Assembly (NCBI RefSeq): GCF_011386835.1
Contig: NC_088814.1
Coordinates: 11,532,001 to 11,596,000 of the forward strand
Source of the DNA: Chrysemys picta bellii
Taxonomy: Eukaryota
Length of the DNA stretch: 64,000 bases
Direction: 5' to 3'
Of this stretch, positions 49,170 to 61,814 are shown piece by piece (the stretch's first letter is position 1; each line of letters begins with the position of its first letter). Under the pieces are notes generated by a model. The model worked only from the letters and a program-made list of their open reading frames with translations, made no database searches and was not told where the DNA came from. The translations under genes were made by a program, and so were the position numbers.

Positions 49170-49727
49170 GATGGATATAAACTGGCCAGGAACAAACTGA
49201 GCTGGCAAATTAGAAGGTTTCTAGCCATCAGAGGGCTGAGGTTCGTGAACAGCCTCCCAGTAGGAGTTGTGGGGCAAACAACGTAATTAGTGTGAAAAGA
49301 GAGCTGAAAAAACGTAGGAGTGTGATTGTACAGTGGGGGTGCTTGTGATGGTGGGGGGCAGGGCTCAGTAGCCCTGAGGCTCACTTCTGATTGAAATCCT
49401 ATGCTCCTAAAACTCATGCTGCAGGCAGGGCTGCCGAGAGTGGGTTTGGGCCCCGGTGAAAAAAAAATTTCGGGCCCCCCAGCAAGGGCGGACCAGCTAA
49501 ACAGGGATGATGAGTGGGGGGGGGAGGGGGAAGCCAGGGAAGCTGGGCCCCCTTCCGGACCGCCGGGCCCCGGTAATTTGTACCGGCTTCCCCCCTCCCC
49601 TCTCGTCATCCCTGGCTGCAGGGTTTCAGCTGGCCACTGGCAAGAGTCAGGAAAGGATATTTCCACCCCATCCCCAATGTATTATGCGAGGGGTTTTTTA
49701 ATCTCCTTCTGAAGCATCAGAGCATCG
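49170..49727 (+). mobile_element. CR1 ORF2 end and long 3'UTR; continues at 52179-52560 after the young CR1 insertion
   Basis: NKLSWQIRRFLAIRGLRFVNSLP (CR1 ORF2 end). The UTR breaks at ...gaagcatcagagc and resumes at gatggccacagctagagatggg. Confidence 0.65.
49426..49614. mobile_element. hAT MITE nested in a CR1 3'UTR
   Basis: TIRs cagggctgccgagag / ctctcgtcatccctg; perfect 8-bp TSD gctgcagg. Confidence 0.9.
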
Positions 49728-52178
49728 GCCCTGGTTCTCATGGGAGACTTTAATCACCCTGATATCTGCTGGGAGAGCAATACAGCGGTGCACAGACAAT
49801 CCAGGAAGATTTTGGAAAGTGTAGGGGACAATTTCCTGGTGCAAGTGCTGGAGGAACCAACTAGGGGCAGAGCTTTTCTTGACCTGCTGCTCACAAACAG
49901 GGAAGAATTAGTAGGGGAAGTAGAAGTGGATGGGAACCTGGGAGGCAGTGACTATGAGATGGTCGAGTTCAGGATCCTGACACAAGGAAGGAAGGAGAGC
50001 AGCAGAATACGGACCCTGGACTTCAGAAAAGCAGACTTTGACTCCCTCAGGGAACAGATGGGCAGGATCCCCTGGGAGAATAACATGAAGGGCAAAGGGG
50101 TCCAGGAGAGCTGGCTGTATTTTAAAGAATCCTTATTGCGGTTTCAGGAACAAACCATCCCGATGTGTAGAAAGAATAGTAAATATGGCAGGCGACCACT
50201 TGGCTAAACAGTGAAATCCTTGCTGATCTTAAACGCAAAAAAGAAGCTTACAAGAAGTGGAAGCTTGGACAAATGACCAGGGAGGAGTATAAAAATTATT
50301 GCTCAGGCATGCAGGAGTGAAATCAGGAAGGCCAAATCACACTTGGAGTTGCAGTTAGCAAGAGATGTTAAGAGTAACAAGAAGGGTTTCTTCAGGTATG
50401 TTAGCAACAAGAAGAAAATCAAGGAAAGTGTGGGCCCCTTACTGAATGAGGGAGGCAACCTAGTGACCGAGGATGTGGAAAAAGCTAATGTACTCAATGA
50501 TTTTTTTGCCTCTGTCTTCACGAACAAGGTCAGCTCCCAGACTACTGCACTGGGCAGCACAGCATGGGGAGAAGGTGAGCAGCCCTCTGTGGAGAAAGAA
50601 GTGGTTTGGGACTATTTAGAAAAACTGGACGTGCACAAGTCCATGGGGCCAGATGCGCTGCGTCCGAGGGTGCTAAAGGAGTTGGCGGGTGAGATTGCAG
50701 AACCATTAGCCATTATTTTTGAAAACTCATGGCGATCCGGGGAGGTCCCAGATGACTGGAAAAAGGCTAATGTAGTGCCCATCTTTAAAAAAGGGAAAAA
50801 GGAGGATCCGGGGAACTGCAGGCCAGTCAGCCTCACCTCAGTCCCAGGAAAAATCATGGAGCAGGTCCTCAAGGAATCAATTACGAAACATTTAGAGCAG
50901 AGGAAAGTGATCAGGAACAGTCAGCATGGATTCACGAAGGGGAAGTCGTGCCTGACTAACCTAATTGCCTTCTATGATGAGATAACTGGCTCTGTGGATG
51001 AGGGGAAAGCAGTGGATGTGTTATTCCTTGACTTTAGCAAAGCTTTTGATACGGTCTCCCACAGTATTCTTGCCACCAAGTTAAAGAAGTATGGGCTGGA
51101 TGAATGGACTGTAAGGTGGATAGAAAGCTGGCTAGATCGTCGGGCTCAACGGGTAGTGATCGATGGCTCCATGTCTAGTTGACAGCCGGTTTCAGGCGGA
51201 GTGCCCCAAGGTCGGTCCTGGGGCCGGTTTTGTTTAATATCTTTATTAATGATCTGGAGGATGGTGTGGACTGCACTCTCAGCAAGTTTGCAGATGACAC
51301 TAAACTAGGAGGCGTGGTAGATACACTAGAGGGTAGGGATCGGATATAGAGGGACCTAGACAAATTAGAGGATTGGGCCAAAAAAAACCTGATGAGGTTC
51401 AACAAGGACAAGTGCAGAGTCCTGCACTTAGGACGGAAGAATCCCATGCAGTGCTACAGACTAGGGAACGAATGGCTAGGTAGCAGTTCTGCAGAAAAGG
51501 ACCTAGGGGTCACAGTGGATGAGAAGCTGGGTATGAGTCAACAGTGTGGTCTTGTTGCCAAGAAGGCTAACGGCATTTTGGGCTGTATAAGTAGGGGCAT
51601 TGCCAGCAGATCGAGGAACGTGATCGTTCCCCTTTATTCGACATTGGTGAGGCCTCATCTGGAATACTGTGTCCAGTTTTGGGCCCCACACTACAAGAAG
51701 GATGTGGAAAAATTGGAAAGAATCCAACGGAGGGCAACAAAAATGATTAGGGGTCTGGAGCACATGACTTATGAGGAGAGGCTGAGGGAACTGGGATTGT
51801 TTAGTCTCCAGAAGAGAAGCGTAAGGGGGGATTCGATAGCAGCCTTCAACTACCTGAAGGGGGGTTCCAAAGAGGATGGAGCTCGGCTGTTCTCAGTGGT
51901 GGCAGATGACAGAACAAGGAGCAATGGTCTCAAGTTGCAGTGGGGGAGGTCCGGATTGGATATTAGGAAAAACTATTTCACTAGGAGGGTGGTGAAACAC
52001 TGGAATGCGTTACCTAGGGAGGTGCTGGAGTCTCCTTCCTTGGAGGTTTTTAAGTCCCGGCTTGACAAAGCCCTGGCTGGGATGATTTAGTTGGGAATTG
52101 GTCCTGCTTTGAGCAGGGGGTTGGACTAGATGACCTCTTGAGGTCCCTTCCAACTCTGATATTCTATGATTCTATGAT
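49728..52178 (+). mobile_element. Young 5'-truncated CR1 LINE (EN C-terminal half, RT, 3'UTR); ORF2 broken by frameshifts and a stop
   Basis: ORFs 49740-50207 (MGDFNHPD...), 50343-51182 ([18 protein letters not shown]) and 51392-52090; FADD motif near 51290; tail attctatgattctatga. Confidence 0.97.
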
Positions 52179-53129
52179 AAGATGGCCACAGCTAGAGATG
52201 GGACATTGGATGGGGTAGATTCGTGCTCTGGGGTGGCATAGAGGATTCTCTCGTGCTGGTGCTTGGCTGGCTGGTTCTCGCTCACGTGCTCAGCAGCTAA
52301 CTGATCGCTGTACTTGGGGTTGGGAAGGGATGTTTCCCCAGGTCAGATTAGCAGTGACTGGGTGGGTGGGGGAGGGTTTCACCTTCCTCTGCAGCATATG
52401 GGTGCAGGTCCCTTCCCAGGATTATCTGGGTATATCTCATTTAATCATTTTCCTGCCATTGCAGGGACCTCAGGTACTGGTGCACCTTCGCCCCTCCTAT
52501 TCTCTGCCTGTGACAGCACATAATGATCTAGTCTCCCGTGGGTCTCATCTAACAGGTCCACTCTTAGGGTGAGTGCGCGGGTGTTGGGTGGCTTAGGTGG
52601 TCTGTGCTGTGATGTGGTGGTCCCTATGACTCTCTGATGTTATCAGACCGCATCCCCCCTTGTAAGCTTGTCCCGACACCGCAGTACCCATAGCATGATG
52701 TTGCGATGCGACATGATGACTTTGCAGGGCAGGTTTGTCCCGCTGGGCGTACACCAGATCTGAAGTGCCACTAGGAGTAGTGGGGATCCCGGGGGGGGTG
52801 CGGGGGGGTTGTGATGCGTGTCCTCTGAATACGCAGAGGCACACAGAACTTACAGAGGAGGCAGAATATGACCCGGAGCTTGTTTTGGTTTTTAACTGGA
52901 CTATTCTCCTGTAGAATCGAAGCTGGTGAATGTCCGCTGCTCCATTTCCCAGCACCTTTGCAAATCCAATTCCATTGCAGAGGAGTTGACTCCCGTTTAT
53001 TTTATTGGATGGCCGAGGGACAGCTTTTTTGCACAGATTAAAATTGTACATAGCCTCACAAGGACTGGCTCTGAATTTCATTTGACTCTCAGTTAAAATA
53101 AACAAATAAAAAAGGCAAGGTGCATCCGG

Positions 53130-53570
53130 TACATCCACCTCTTCTCTCAGTGCCTCTCGACCGAAAGCATTTTGCATGCGACTCAACAAACTTCCTAGCG
53201 ATACCACTTTCATCAGTGGCAGATGAAAAGTGGCCCCCGCGGGGGCAGAAGGCAAACAGCGTTTAAACAAGGCACAACAAAAATGCACAACAGCTTAGGA
53301 TGTGGAAGGATCAGTATTGACTGCCACTGGGAATTGCAAGAGGGATTTAGACAAGGAGAATGTATGAGCACATTGGAATTTAACCAGGACACGTGGGCTA
53401 ATACCCACTATTATTACAAAACCTGCCATGGGACTTTAACTACCACAGCCAGTCAGAACAGGTTTTATGTCTCATCCAGGAGATTTAGCTTCAGCAGCAA
53501 CAACTCCCACGAATATGATCTAGTCTGATCTGTTTACAAATAACGTTTAGACCTAAAGTGGCACCTGCTC
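53130..53570 (-). mobile_element. AmnSINE1-like (DeuSINE) relic
   Basis: ttggaatttaaccaggacac...gccatgggactttaactaccaca...ggttttatgtctcatcc and gtttaaacaaggcaca...cacaacagcttagga match my recollection of the reverse-complemented AmnSINE1 central and 3' regions. The 5S head is not recognisable. Confidence 0.68.
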
Positions 53571-54029
53571 AGTTGGATGCAGTGTGTCTAAATGTCCCCT
53601 GGTCTCTTGCTCTAGCTACCCACCATCCTCTTTTTGATGTCTTTACTCTTCCTCTAAATCAGATCTACCTGACTTCTCCATGGCTATTAAAATGCTAGTC
53701 ACGCATGACACTTCGAAATCGTTTCGAAGGGGCTAATTGATTATCAATCAGTGCCTGGATAAAGCGTTAACTCAGTTGTCCAATAGATGGCGTCAAACCA
53801 TGATGGAGCCCCATCTGTGACATATACTCCTTGGGTATGTAGCATAATTGTAAACTATAGGAATCACTGATAGCCCCTTTAAAGCTGTTTATAAATGTAC
53901 TCTCATTAGACAGTGGGATGAAACACCACTAGGGGTTGGCACCAGCGTTTTATTCTCTGTTTGCACAGCGCCTAGCACTCAACCCTGGGGCTCTGCTCTC
54001 AGTGACCCATAGGGTACGACGACGGTCCG

Positions 54030-54290
54030 CTAAAAGACCTGTGGCACAGTCACCGCTGGCCCGGGTCAGCTGACTTGGACTCACGGGCTCGGCTGCGGGA
54101 TTATAAGGATGCAGTGTAGATGTTCAGGCTCGGCCTGGAGCCCCTGCGAGGGGGGAGGGTCTCCGAGCCGAGCCGGAATGTTTCCATTGCCATTTTTAGC
54201 CCCCCAGCCCAAGCCTTGCAAGCCTGAATCAGCTGACCCCAGGCTCTGAGACTCGGTGCCGTGGGGGTTTTATTACAGTGTAGACATAAC
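54030..54290. mobile_element. PIF/Harbinger-type MITE, followed by a hAT-like GC-rich MITE relic (about 54370-54655)
   Basis: Ends ...cagtgtagacataaccc; interior shared with 13685-13888. Confidence 0.6.
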
Positions 54291-56229
54291 CCATCGTTAC
54301 AGTCAGCTGAAGGCACCCGAGGTAGAGCTTAGAAATAATGCAACTGCTGTCACAGACGATGACGTTTGCTTTTGCCGGTGGGTGCTCCTCTCTGCCCTTC
54401 CCCCCTGCAAGCAGTGGGTGGGGCCTCAGGGGGGAAACGCCAAGCGGTGGCAGGGCATTGGAGTGGAGCAGCAGACGGGACCTCGGGGGGAAGAGGCCAA
54501 GCAGGGGCGGGGCCTCAGGGCGGGGCATGGGGCGGGGCCACGGTTCGGAAGCTGGGGCCCACAAAAGCTTAATCTGGCCCTGCAGGTGCTGAGCACCTCT
54601 ATTTTTTTCAGTGGGTGCTTGAACCCCGGAGCACCTACAGAGTCAGCACGGATGGCTGCCAGTAAGGTGTTCTCTATGAATGGCCCCTTGACTTTGGAAT
54701 GGGGCTGCCCCATCCCCTCGCTCTGAAACGGACCAGGAGTGTTTTCACCTTCCTTGTCTGCTGCACATCTTGTCTTTCTCTCTGAGCGTTAGTGGAGGAG
54801 GGACTTTAGGTATTTATCCTCTGGTGAATGTGATCACAGTCTCTGGCACTTATTGTTGCCTCTCTTATTTGTGACCATGTTTTATGGATCAGATGGATTC
54901 TAAGTTCTGTAAATACCTGGAGCTTAGGATAGGCACGAAATCGAAACTGAAATAAAAGACCGCCATGAATGGACATAAAACCCACATTCTTCAGTCACTA
55001 AGTGAGAACCATCATGCCTCAGTTGCTCACGATGCTGGGAGATTGACTGGCTATAATATGCATGGTCAGAACCTAGCGCAGCTGCGCCGTCACATCATAA
55101 ATATTTGACAAAATATCTGTGGAGAGCTCCCAGCACAGGGGCAGGGAAGTATTGATAGCTAATGTTTCCAATCGCTTAGTTTAGCCAGTGATCTGTGCGA
55201 CACAGAAACCCTCCTTTGAAAGTCAAAACTCGCTCGCTATTTCCCATTTCTCTTCGCTGAATGTAACAGGGCCTTCTGTGAATAAATCTCTTGTGTAGCA
55301 CTCTCCTTGCTAAGTAGAAGTCCTTCCTGCTTATGCTATGAAATTCACCCATCAAACGACTTCTGAAGAGCTGCGATCAGGCTTGCAAAGGGAGTATGCT
55401 CTGTTTTGTTTTAACAAACGTTAAGGGGTTGAATTACCAGGTAAGTGAAAGCAATGGAAGAAAAAGCACAAGAGTTTGCTTCAGAACATAAAAGTCCTAC
55501 TAGATAACTAACATTTTTAAAGCGCCGGCGGGCTTGTGAATAAATAACACCGGGGAGTGGTACATGCTGGAGGGAAGACGTACAATTTGTTTTGTGCTGG
55601 AAGACGGCTTCACCCAGACAAGACTCTGGCTAAACTCTGCAGGATTCTCCTTGACATTTGGGAGACTTGGAAGATGGCCCCCAAAGGGGAGTGTAAAAAT
55701 GTTCTTTGTTTCATCGTGTCTTGGACCTTTTCCTAATGAGCGCCAGAATTCATTCAATTAGCCAAGTTTCCCGGGGAGAAAAGGTCAGCATTATTTCCCT
55801 CTTCCGTGAACAGCCTGAAGACCAGAGCATCAGGAAAATGAGACCCGTAGTCAAAAATAATGACGTGTGACTGAGCAGACTCATCTGTAGTACCTTGGTG
55901 AAGAGAGCCCACTCAAAGGTTAGGCAGGTTTTTGTGTCCAGACTGTCCAGAAATGGCAGGTAATTGATGTATTCCAACATGTGGTGAATAACTCCCATGG
56001 GGCTCCAGGCTTTGCCCTTTTCTTGGAGTTGATAAGTGCAGCTGTTGAAAAAGCTGTTTCTTCTCCCCCCTCCACCCCAGATCTAACAGGTGCTGCTGAT
56101 TTCCATACACAGAATATGTAATCTGGGCTGAGTTCACCCCCCAGGTCTATGCTAGCTGTCTAACACTGATAGCAGAATTGGGGAAATCCTAAGTGCCTTT
56201 GTTTTGGACCATTACAATACTGTTAAATC

Positions 56230-56400
56230 CCAGGCAGATACTACCTCCCTCTGTAGTCTCAAGCAGGTCACATGACTTCTGTGTCTCGGTTTCCCCTCTG
56301 TAAAAGGCAGATATTGATGCATACTAAACTATCTCACAGAGGCATTGGGAGGATTGGTGCTAGTAAATCATGGGAGGAAAAGTGATACGCAAGTGGTAAT
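56230..56400 (+). mobile_element. MIR/CORE-SINE relic
   Basis: ctgtgtctcggtttcccctctgtaaaag core motif; a reverse core is present near 57040-57085. Confidence 0.55.
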
Positions 56401-58006
56401 TATTAGGATTTCATTGTATTATGCTCGTTGGGGCTGGGGCTGGCTTTTTGTTCTGTTTGTACAGCACCTACAGGAGGCCTGGAACATGACTGGTGCTCCT
56501 GGGCACCACTATAATACACTGAATAGCAGTGAAAATGTACAGCGCCTGGCACAGCGGGGTCCTGGTCTGCGACTGAGGCTCCCAGGCGCTACTGCAGTCC
56601 AAATAACAATGATCTGCCAATTACCTGGGTTCAGGTCAACTCCATGCTCTGGGTATCCCTAAACTGACTCTCACTGCCAGAAACTGGGACTGGATGACAG
56701 AGGATGGATCACTCGATAAATGGTTTTGTTCAGTCTCTCTGAAGCACTAGGCATGGGCCACTGTTAGAAGACAGGATACTGGGCTAGATGGACCATTGGT
56801 CTGTCCCAGCATAGCCGTTCTTATCTTCTTATTGCTGTGTAGAAGGGACAGTTGTGAGTTGTTGCCTGGGCAGGGGGTGCCAGTATGTAACAGGTACTCA
56901 ACCTGTATGTCTCTCAGCCTTGCTTTCTGTCCGGTATCCTGAGAAGTCCTTAGAGGAGTGGTTAGTGTACGGTGATGGCAGCGGTTGGCGTTTTTATAGC
57001 ACGGTTCATTTGTTGATTTCAAAGCTCTTTTCAGAGGCAGGTAAGTGCCATTCCCATTCTACAGTGGGGGAACTGAGGTACGGCAAGATGTATTTATTTT
57101 TTTTAACGGGCCACATTTTCAAAAGCTCTCAGCGCTTGATTTTCAGTTGCCCAGCACTCACAGCTGGGGCTCGGTTTTCTGAAGAGCTCAGTATCTCACC
57201 AGCACAGCTCTCGTGAAAATCTTAGATGCATAGAGCTATAGGGCTGGTTAAGAAGTTGTCTAATCCATCACCCCCCCACCCCCGCACACTGAGGCAGGAT
57301 TAACTGTGGACAATGCTGTGCCCATTATCCCTGCCTGAGCTGTGCAGTCTCTGAGCCCCCCTCTGGTCACCGGAGCCTCTGCTAGGGGTGCTAGAGACGC
57401 CTGGTCTTTATGCACCATGAGTGCTGGCTCGGGAACACAGCTGTGCGGGCACAGAGAAACGGCCTTTAAATTCCTGCTGCACTCTACCCACTATTACTGG
57501 GGGTAAACTTTTGCTCATCTCCTTCTCTTTCGGACTGCAGGTAGGATTGATTCTGGCTCAGGCCAGGGCTTCGCTGCAGCGTCACAAACACCTGTGCTGG
57601 GCTGTGGGTTTAATACCAGCCTCCCACAAAGATTTGGAGGAAGGTTCTTCCCCATTCCTTCCTCCTGCAAGAGCCCCCCTAAAACACCTTCTCTGTTGTG
57701 ATTATTGAACGTGTTGCAGGCAGAGGCAAACCAGGCCAGGGCTCCATTGTGCTGGGCACGGCACAGCTAGGAAATGACAGTCTTTCTGCTAATTAAGCCA
57801 GCACAAAAACCAATTCCTCCCACTGAGGAAACTCTACGGCCTTCCTCCTTATCCTCAAGTCTTTGGCCTTGAAGTCAAAGAGTCTTGAGCCTGATACTGG
57901 CTCCAAATCTTGTGGACGATCCAAGTCGTTAAAATGTCTGGTTTATTTGTTCAATGCTAGCACGCTGTGGCCCCTGTACAAGACAAAAAGAGAAAGAGAG
58001 CTCCAA

Positions 58007-58102
58007 AGAGACCTGAAGAGGAGCTCTGGGTAAAGGTGAAAGCTTGTCTCTCTCACCAACAGAAGTTGGTCCAAGAAAAGATATTACCCCACCCACCTTC
58101 TC
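58007..58102 (+). mobile_element. Penelope pLTR fragment with hammerhead motif (helix II broken)
   Basis: agagac-CTGAAGA-g-gagctctgggtaaaggt-GAA-agct-t-gtctct, then the same tail as 37360-37420. Confidence 0.8.
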
Positions 58103-59269
58103 AGTCAGTCTGAAAGGCAGATCCAGAGAAGACAGGACACACGGGGGAAGCTCGAGGATGGAAGGAGATAAGATTTTACTTTGAACTCACAAGTTATGGC
58201 CATGGTAGAAGAATGTTTCAATTCTAAACCATATAAAACCTAGATGCTCAAGAGAAAGACATTCCTCCCTCCCTCCCTCCTCCTCCTCCTCACTAAGAAA
58301 ATGGAAAATTGGGTGAAAATCACCACAGTGTAGTGTGCTGGCACCAACCCTTCTGTGCACCACCTAATCTCTAAATCTGGGGTTTATGTGGTGCTTGCAC
58401 GGAGATCTCTGCACTGAGAGGAATACACCCAGAGCATTTCACCCTTCTCACTCCTCCGCTGAGAACAGATCCTCGCTTTCTCTGTCTCTGCCTCTAAAGT
58501 GGACCAGAGCGAAAGGCAAAGGCAGTAAGTGGAGAAAGACAAAGTTCCTTCTTCCCAGGTCCCTGGAAGCCTCAGGGTCACGTTCCCACCACACAGTCAC
58601 AGCGGTTTGACAAACCGCTCTAAAAGACCTCCCGGCTCCTAGACATTGTGGACCCCGAGGCTCCGTCTACTTCTCAAGAGTAAGTTAAAACATGTTCTGC
58701 CCAAGGCACATCTGCGTTCCCTGCATAAGGGAGAATCACTTGGGGAAAACAGACGCTACTAAGATGTTAACCCTTTGGGAAAGAAGGTCTTTAGCGAAAT
58801 CCTTGTTGGGATCATGCAGGATTCAAAGGGACAAATTTGATATGGATCCGTTTCAAGCTTCTTATTCTGCCTTCAAAACCCTGAGTAACTCTGCCCTGCC
58901 TAGCTATCTGAAATCCTGGCCCCATTGAGGTCAGTGACAAAGCTTCAGTGGGGCCAGAGTTTCATTCCTTTTCTTGCATTACTCCTTCCTGCCCTCCAGC
59001 CCACCCACCCTCTCTGCTCCACTCTTGGAAGGTATATATTTCTGTGTTCCAGCATCCAGACAATCTGCTCGTAAAAGCTCCTTCCCTTAAGGAATCCATG
59101 AGTCTCAGCGCAATTAATGTTCAACTCTCAGAGTGTATAGGACCCTGCTCAGACCCTGTATAGTGGTCATGTGTCCATGTCAGACAATCTGCAAAGTATT
59201 ACAGACTCTGGGGTCTTCACCAAGAAAGCTTGGACAGTGTGTTCCATCTGATGTGTCCGGTTGGTGGGA

Positions 59270-59970
59270 GGGTAGTTGTGGCTATGTCGGTCCCAGGATA
59301 TGAGAGACAAGGTGGGTGAGGTAATAGCTTTTATTGGCCTCTACCAGGGCTCTACTCACCACATTGGCACCTCCTGCTGGCCGTCTCGGGGATTAGTGTC
59401 GCAGGTTGGTACGCCCTCTCCCAATGGTGCCTTGCCCTCTCTCACTTCTGCTCCTGGACCCACGTCACGCCAAGGACTGCGGCGTCCTCTTCATGACAGA
59501 GTCCTCCGGCTGTATCACGATCTATGCTCCCCCCTTCCAGGGGCGAGTGCTGCTGTCCAATTGTCCAGCCACTTCCCTGTGGCCCCAGCACTCTTTTCGT
59601 CCTTTGCCTCAGCCTGCAAATCCCAGCAGCCAGTCCAGAGCTCCCTTTAGCTCTCCCAGTCCCTGCTAGCAGCACTGCTCTGTCCAGGGTTCTAGTTTAT
59701 TTCTGCCTGCCAGGCACCCCATCCTCCCTCCTTAAGCTCCAGAGAGTAACTGACCCTGCTCTGCCCTGCAGCTCTTCTTATATGGGCTCGCCGGGCCCTG
59801 ATTGGCTGCTCCTCTCAGCCCTTCTCTGATTGGCTGCCTTCTGCACAGCCTTCCTAAGGCTTTATTAACCTCTTAGAAGCCAGTGTGGGGCCAACGCCCC
59901 ATCACACGGACCAACTTCTGTTGGTGAGAAAGACAAGCTTTCAAGTCACACAGAGCTCTTCTTCGGGTTG
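59270..59970 (-). mobile_element. Penelope pLTR fragment split by an LTR-like insertion (about 59340-59906)
   Basis: The tail breaks at ...tttattgg and resumes at ggaccaacttctgttgg. Minus-strand hammerhead relic ccgaagaagagctctgtgtgacttgaaagcttgtct. The insert ends ...gccccatcaca. Confidence 0.75.
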
Positions 59971-60124
59971 GCCTCAGTGCTGGCAGAACAGGAGACGTCT
60001 CCTATGTGGGAAGCCAGTTGCTGAACATCATTGTGCTTGTATCACCTCAGACCCAGACAGTTTGGATGGGGAGCTAAGACAGGCCCCTTATCAGCACAAG
60101 AGAAACAGTCATACTCTGAGTGGT

Positions 60125-60245
60125 ACATAAGAGCGGCCATACTGGGTCAGGCCAAAGGTCCATCAAGCCCAGTATTCTGTCTTCCGACAGTGGCCAATCC
60201 CAGGTGCCCCAGAGGGAATGAACAGAATGGATAATCATCAAGCGA
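60125..60245 (-). mobile_element. CR1 3' tail fragment (another subfamily); a + strand copy lies at about 56700-56830
   Basis: ataagagcggccatactgggtcaggccaaaggtccatc is the reverse complement of the 56770-56830 tail. Confidence 0.7.
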
Positions 60246-60561
60246 TCAACATCAACATCTACTGCCGGGAGCTCCACACAGCAGCCAATGCCCCTAAACA
60301 CCTTTTTCCTAAGAATTCCCTATTGCAAGGCCGGCAGCCACGTGGAGAGTGACAACAGGCCAGGGGCAGATGCGGATAGCTGCTTCACAAAGGCTTACAA
60401 ATGCATCATTGCAAACAAACAAGGTGGAACCCAGGGCCCTTATCTGCGGCAGGAGATGGTAAAAATCTTATCAGAGACCAAACATTTGTTAATCAAAGCA
60501 GTGTGTTTTGAAAAGCTGCTAACCAAAAGTCTGCCTCATCCCTATCATGAAGTGAATGGGA

Positions 60562-61082
60562 CCTAGATTAGGCTTGAAATTAGATGAAGGTTTCTGACCG
60601 TTAGAGGGGTGAAATATTGGAATGGCCTTCCGAGGGAAACGGTGGGGGTGAGGGACTTGTCTGGTTTTAAGATTAACTTAGACAAGTTTATGGAGGGAAT
60701 GGTTTAATGGTAAAACATATTAGCTGAGGAATACCAAGCAATGGTAGGTAAACAGTATAATGGCTAACAAGGGTCAGGCTGGAGACTCTTGCCTACATGC
60801 TCGGGGTCTTACTGATCGCCATATTTGGGGTCGGGAAGGAATTTTCCTCCAGGGTAGATTGGCTGAGGCCCTGGAGGTTTTTCGCCTTCCTCCGCAGCAT
60901 GGGGCAGGGATCTCTAGCAGGAGGGTTCTCTGCCAATTGAAGTCACTAAGACACAGGATTTGGGGACTTCATCAGCAGAGTCAAGGAAAGGGTAGGGACG
61001 GTTTTGTGGCCTGCAGCATGCAGGGGGTCAGACCAGATGATCATAATGGTCCCTTCTGACCTTAAAGTCTATGAGTCTATGA
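60562..61082 (+). mobile_element. CR1 3' fragment with extended 3'UTR
   Basis: RLEIR*RFLTVRGVKYWNGLPR ORF2 end; tail gtctatgagtctatga. Confidence 0.85.
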
Positions 61083-61628
61083 GTAAAGTATTAAACAGAA
61101 TTTTATCCAGGCGGCGATTCCTTCAGGATAGGCCCTGGAGTCTGCCATTCCCCCCCACTCCGCCCAGCCCCCCACCCCCATCTGTTTTTTGACAGAAAAT
61201 TGGGTTTTCAACTAAATGACTTTTCTTGGCTTTTTTGGTGAAAAGTGTCTGCTGCCCGGGGATGATTTAAATATTTCATCACCAAAAAAAAAAAAAAATG
61301 AAGAAATAATGTGGCTGAAAAACAAAGTTTTCCACAGAAAATTTTGATGATAGCTAACCAAACAAACAAACAAACAAAAAGAGAGTTTTTGTCCAAATTT
61401 TCCATGAGAAAAAAATTGCCCCCCACGTCAGTTTTACACACGCACACCCCCCGTCAGTTTTACACACCTTCTAAAGCGTGGACCTTCTGGAATGGATAAA
61501 AACTCAAGGTGTGTGAGAACTCCTAGCAAGTTGTGATTTTTTCCTCTTAAAATCCAGGAACATGTTTCCAACCAAGACCCATAAGGGGATTTGGGATAAG
61601 GAGGTTTTTTTTTTCTCCCCCCCCCCAG

Positions 61629-61814
61629 TGAATCATAGAATATCAGGGTTGGAAGGGACCTCAAGAGGTCAGCTAGTCCAACCCCCTGTTCAAAGCAGGA
61701 CTAATCCCCAGACAGATTTTTGCCCCAGATCCCTAAATGGCTCCCTCAAGGATTGAGATCACAACTCTGGGTTTAGGACGCCAATGCTCAAACCACTGAG
61801 CTATCCCTCCCCCC
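61629..61814 (-). mobile_element. Tortoise Pol III/SINE
   Basis: Highly similar to 21116-21301. Confidence 0.9.

Noticed and set aside
49728-52178. Young CR1 as a potentially active element
   Set aside because: 5'-truncated within the endonuclease, and ORF2 is broken into at least three pieces.
52593-53288. 231-codon minus-strand ORF
   Set aside because: Non-ATG start, no recognisable domain, and it overlaps the AmnSINE1-like relic.
55750-55998. Hydrophobic 82-aa ORF resembling a membrane-protein fragment
   Set aside because: No family recognised and no supporting exon structure.
56830-57010. Weak LF-SINE-like similarity
   Set aside because: Only scattered short matches to a recalled consensus; cannot be supported.
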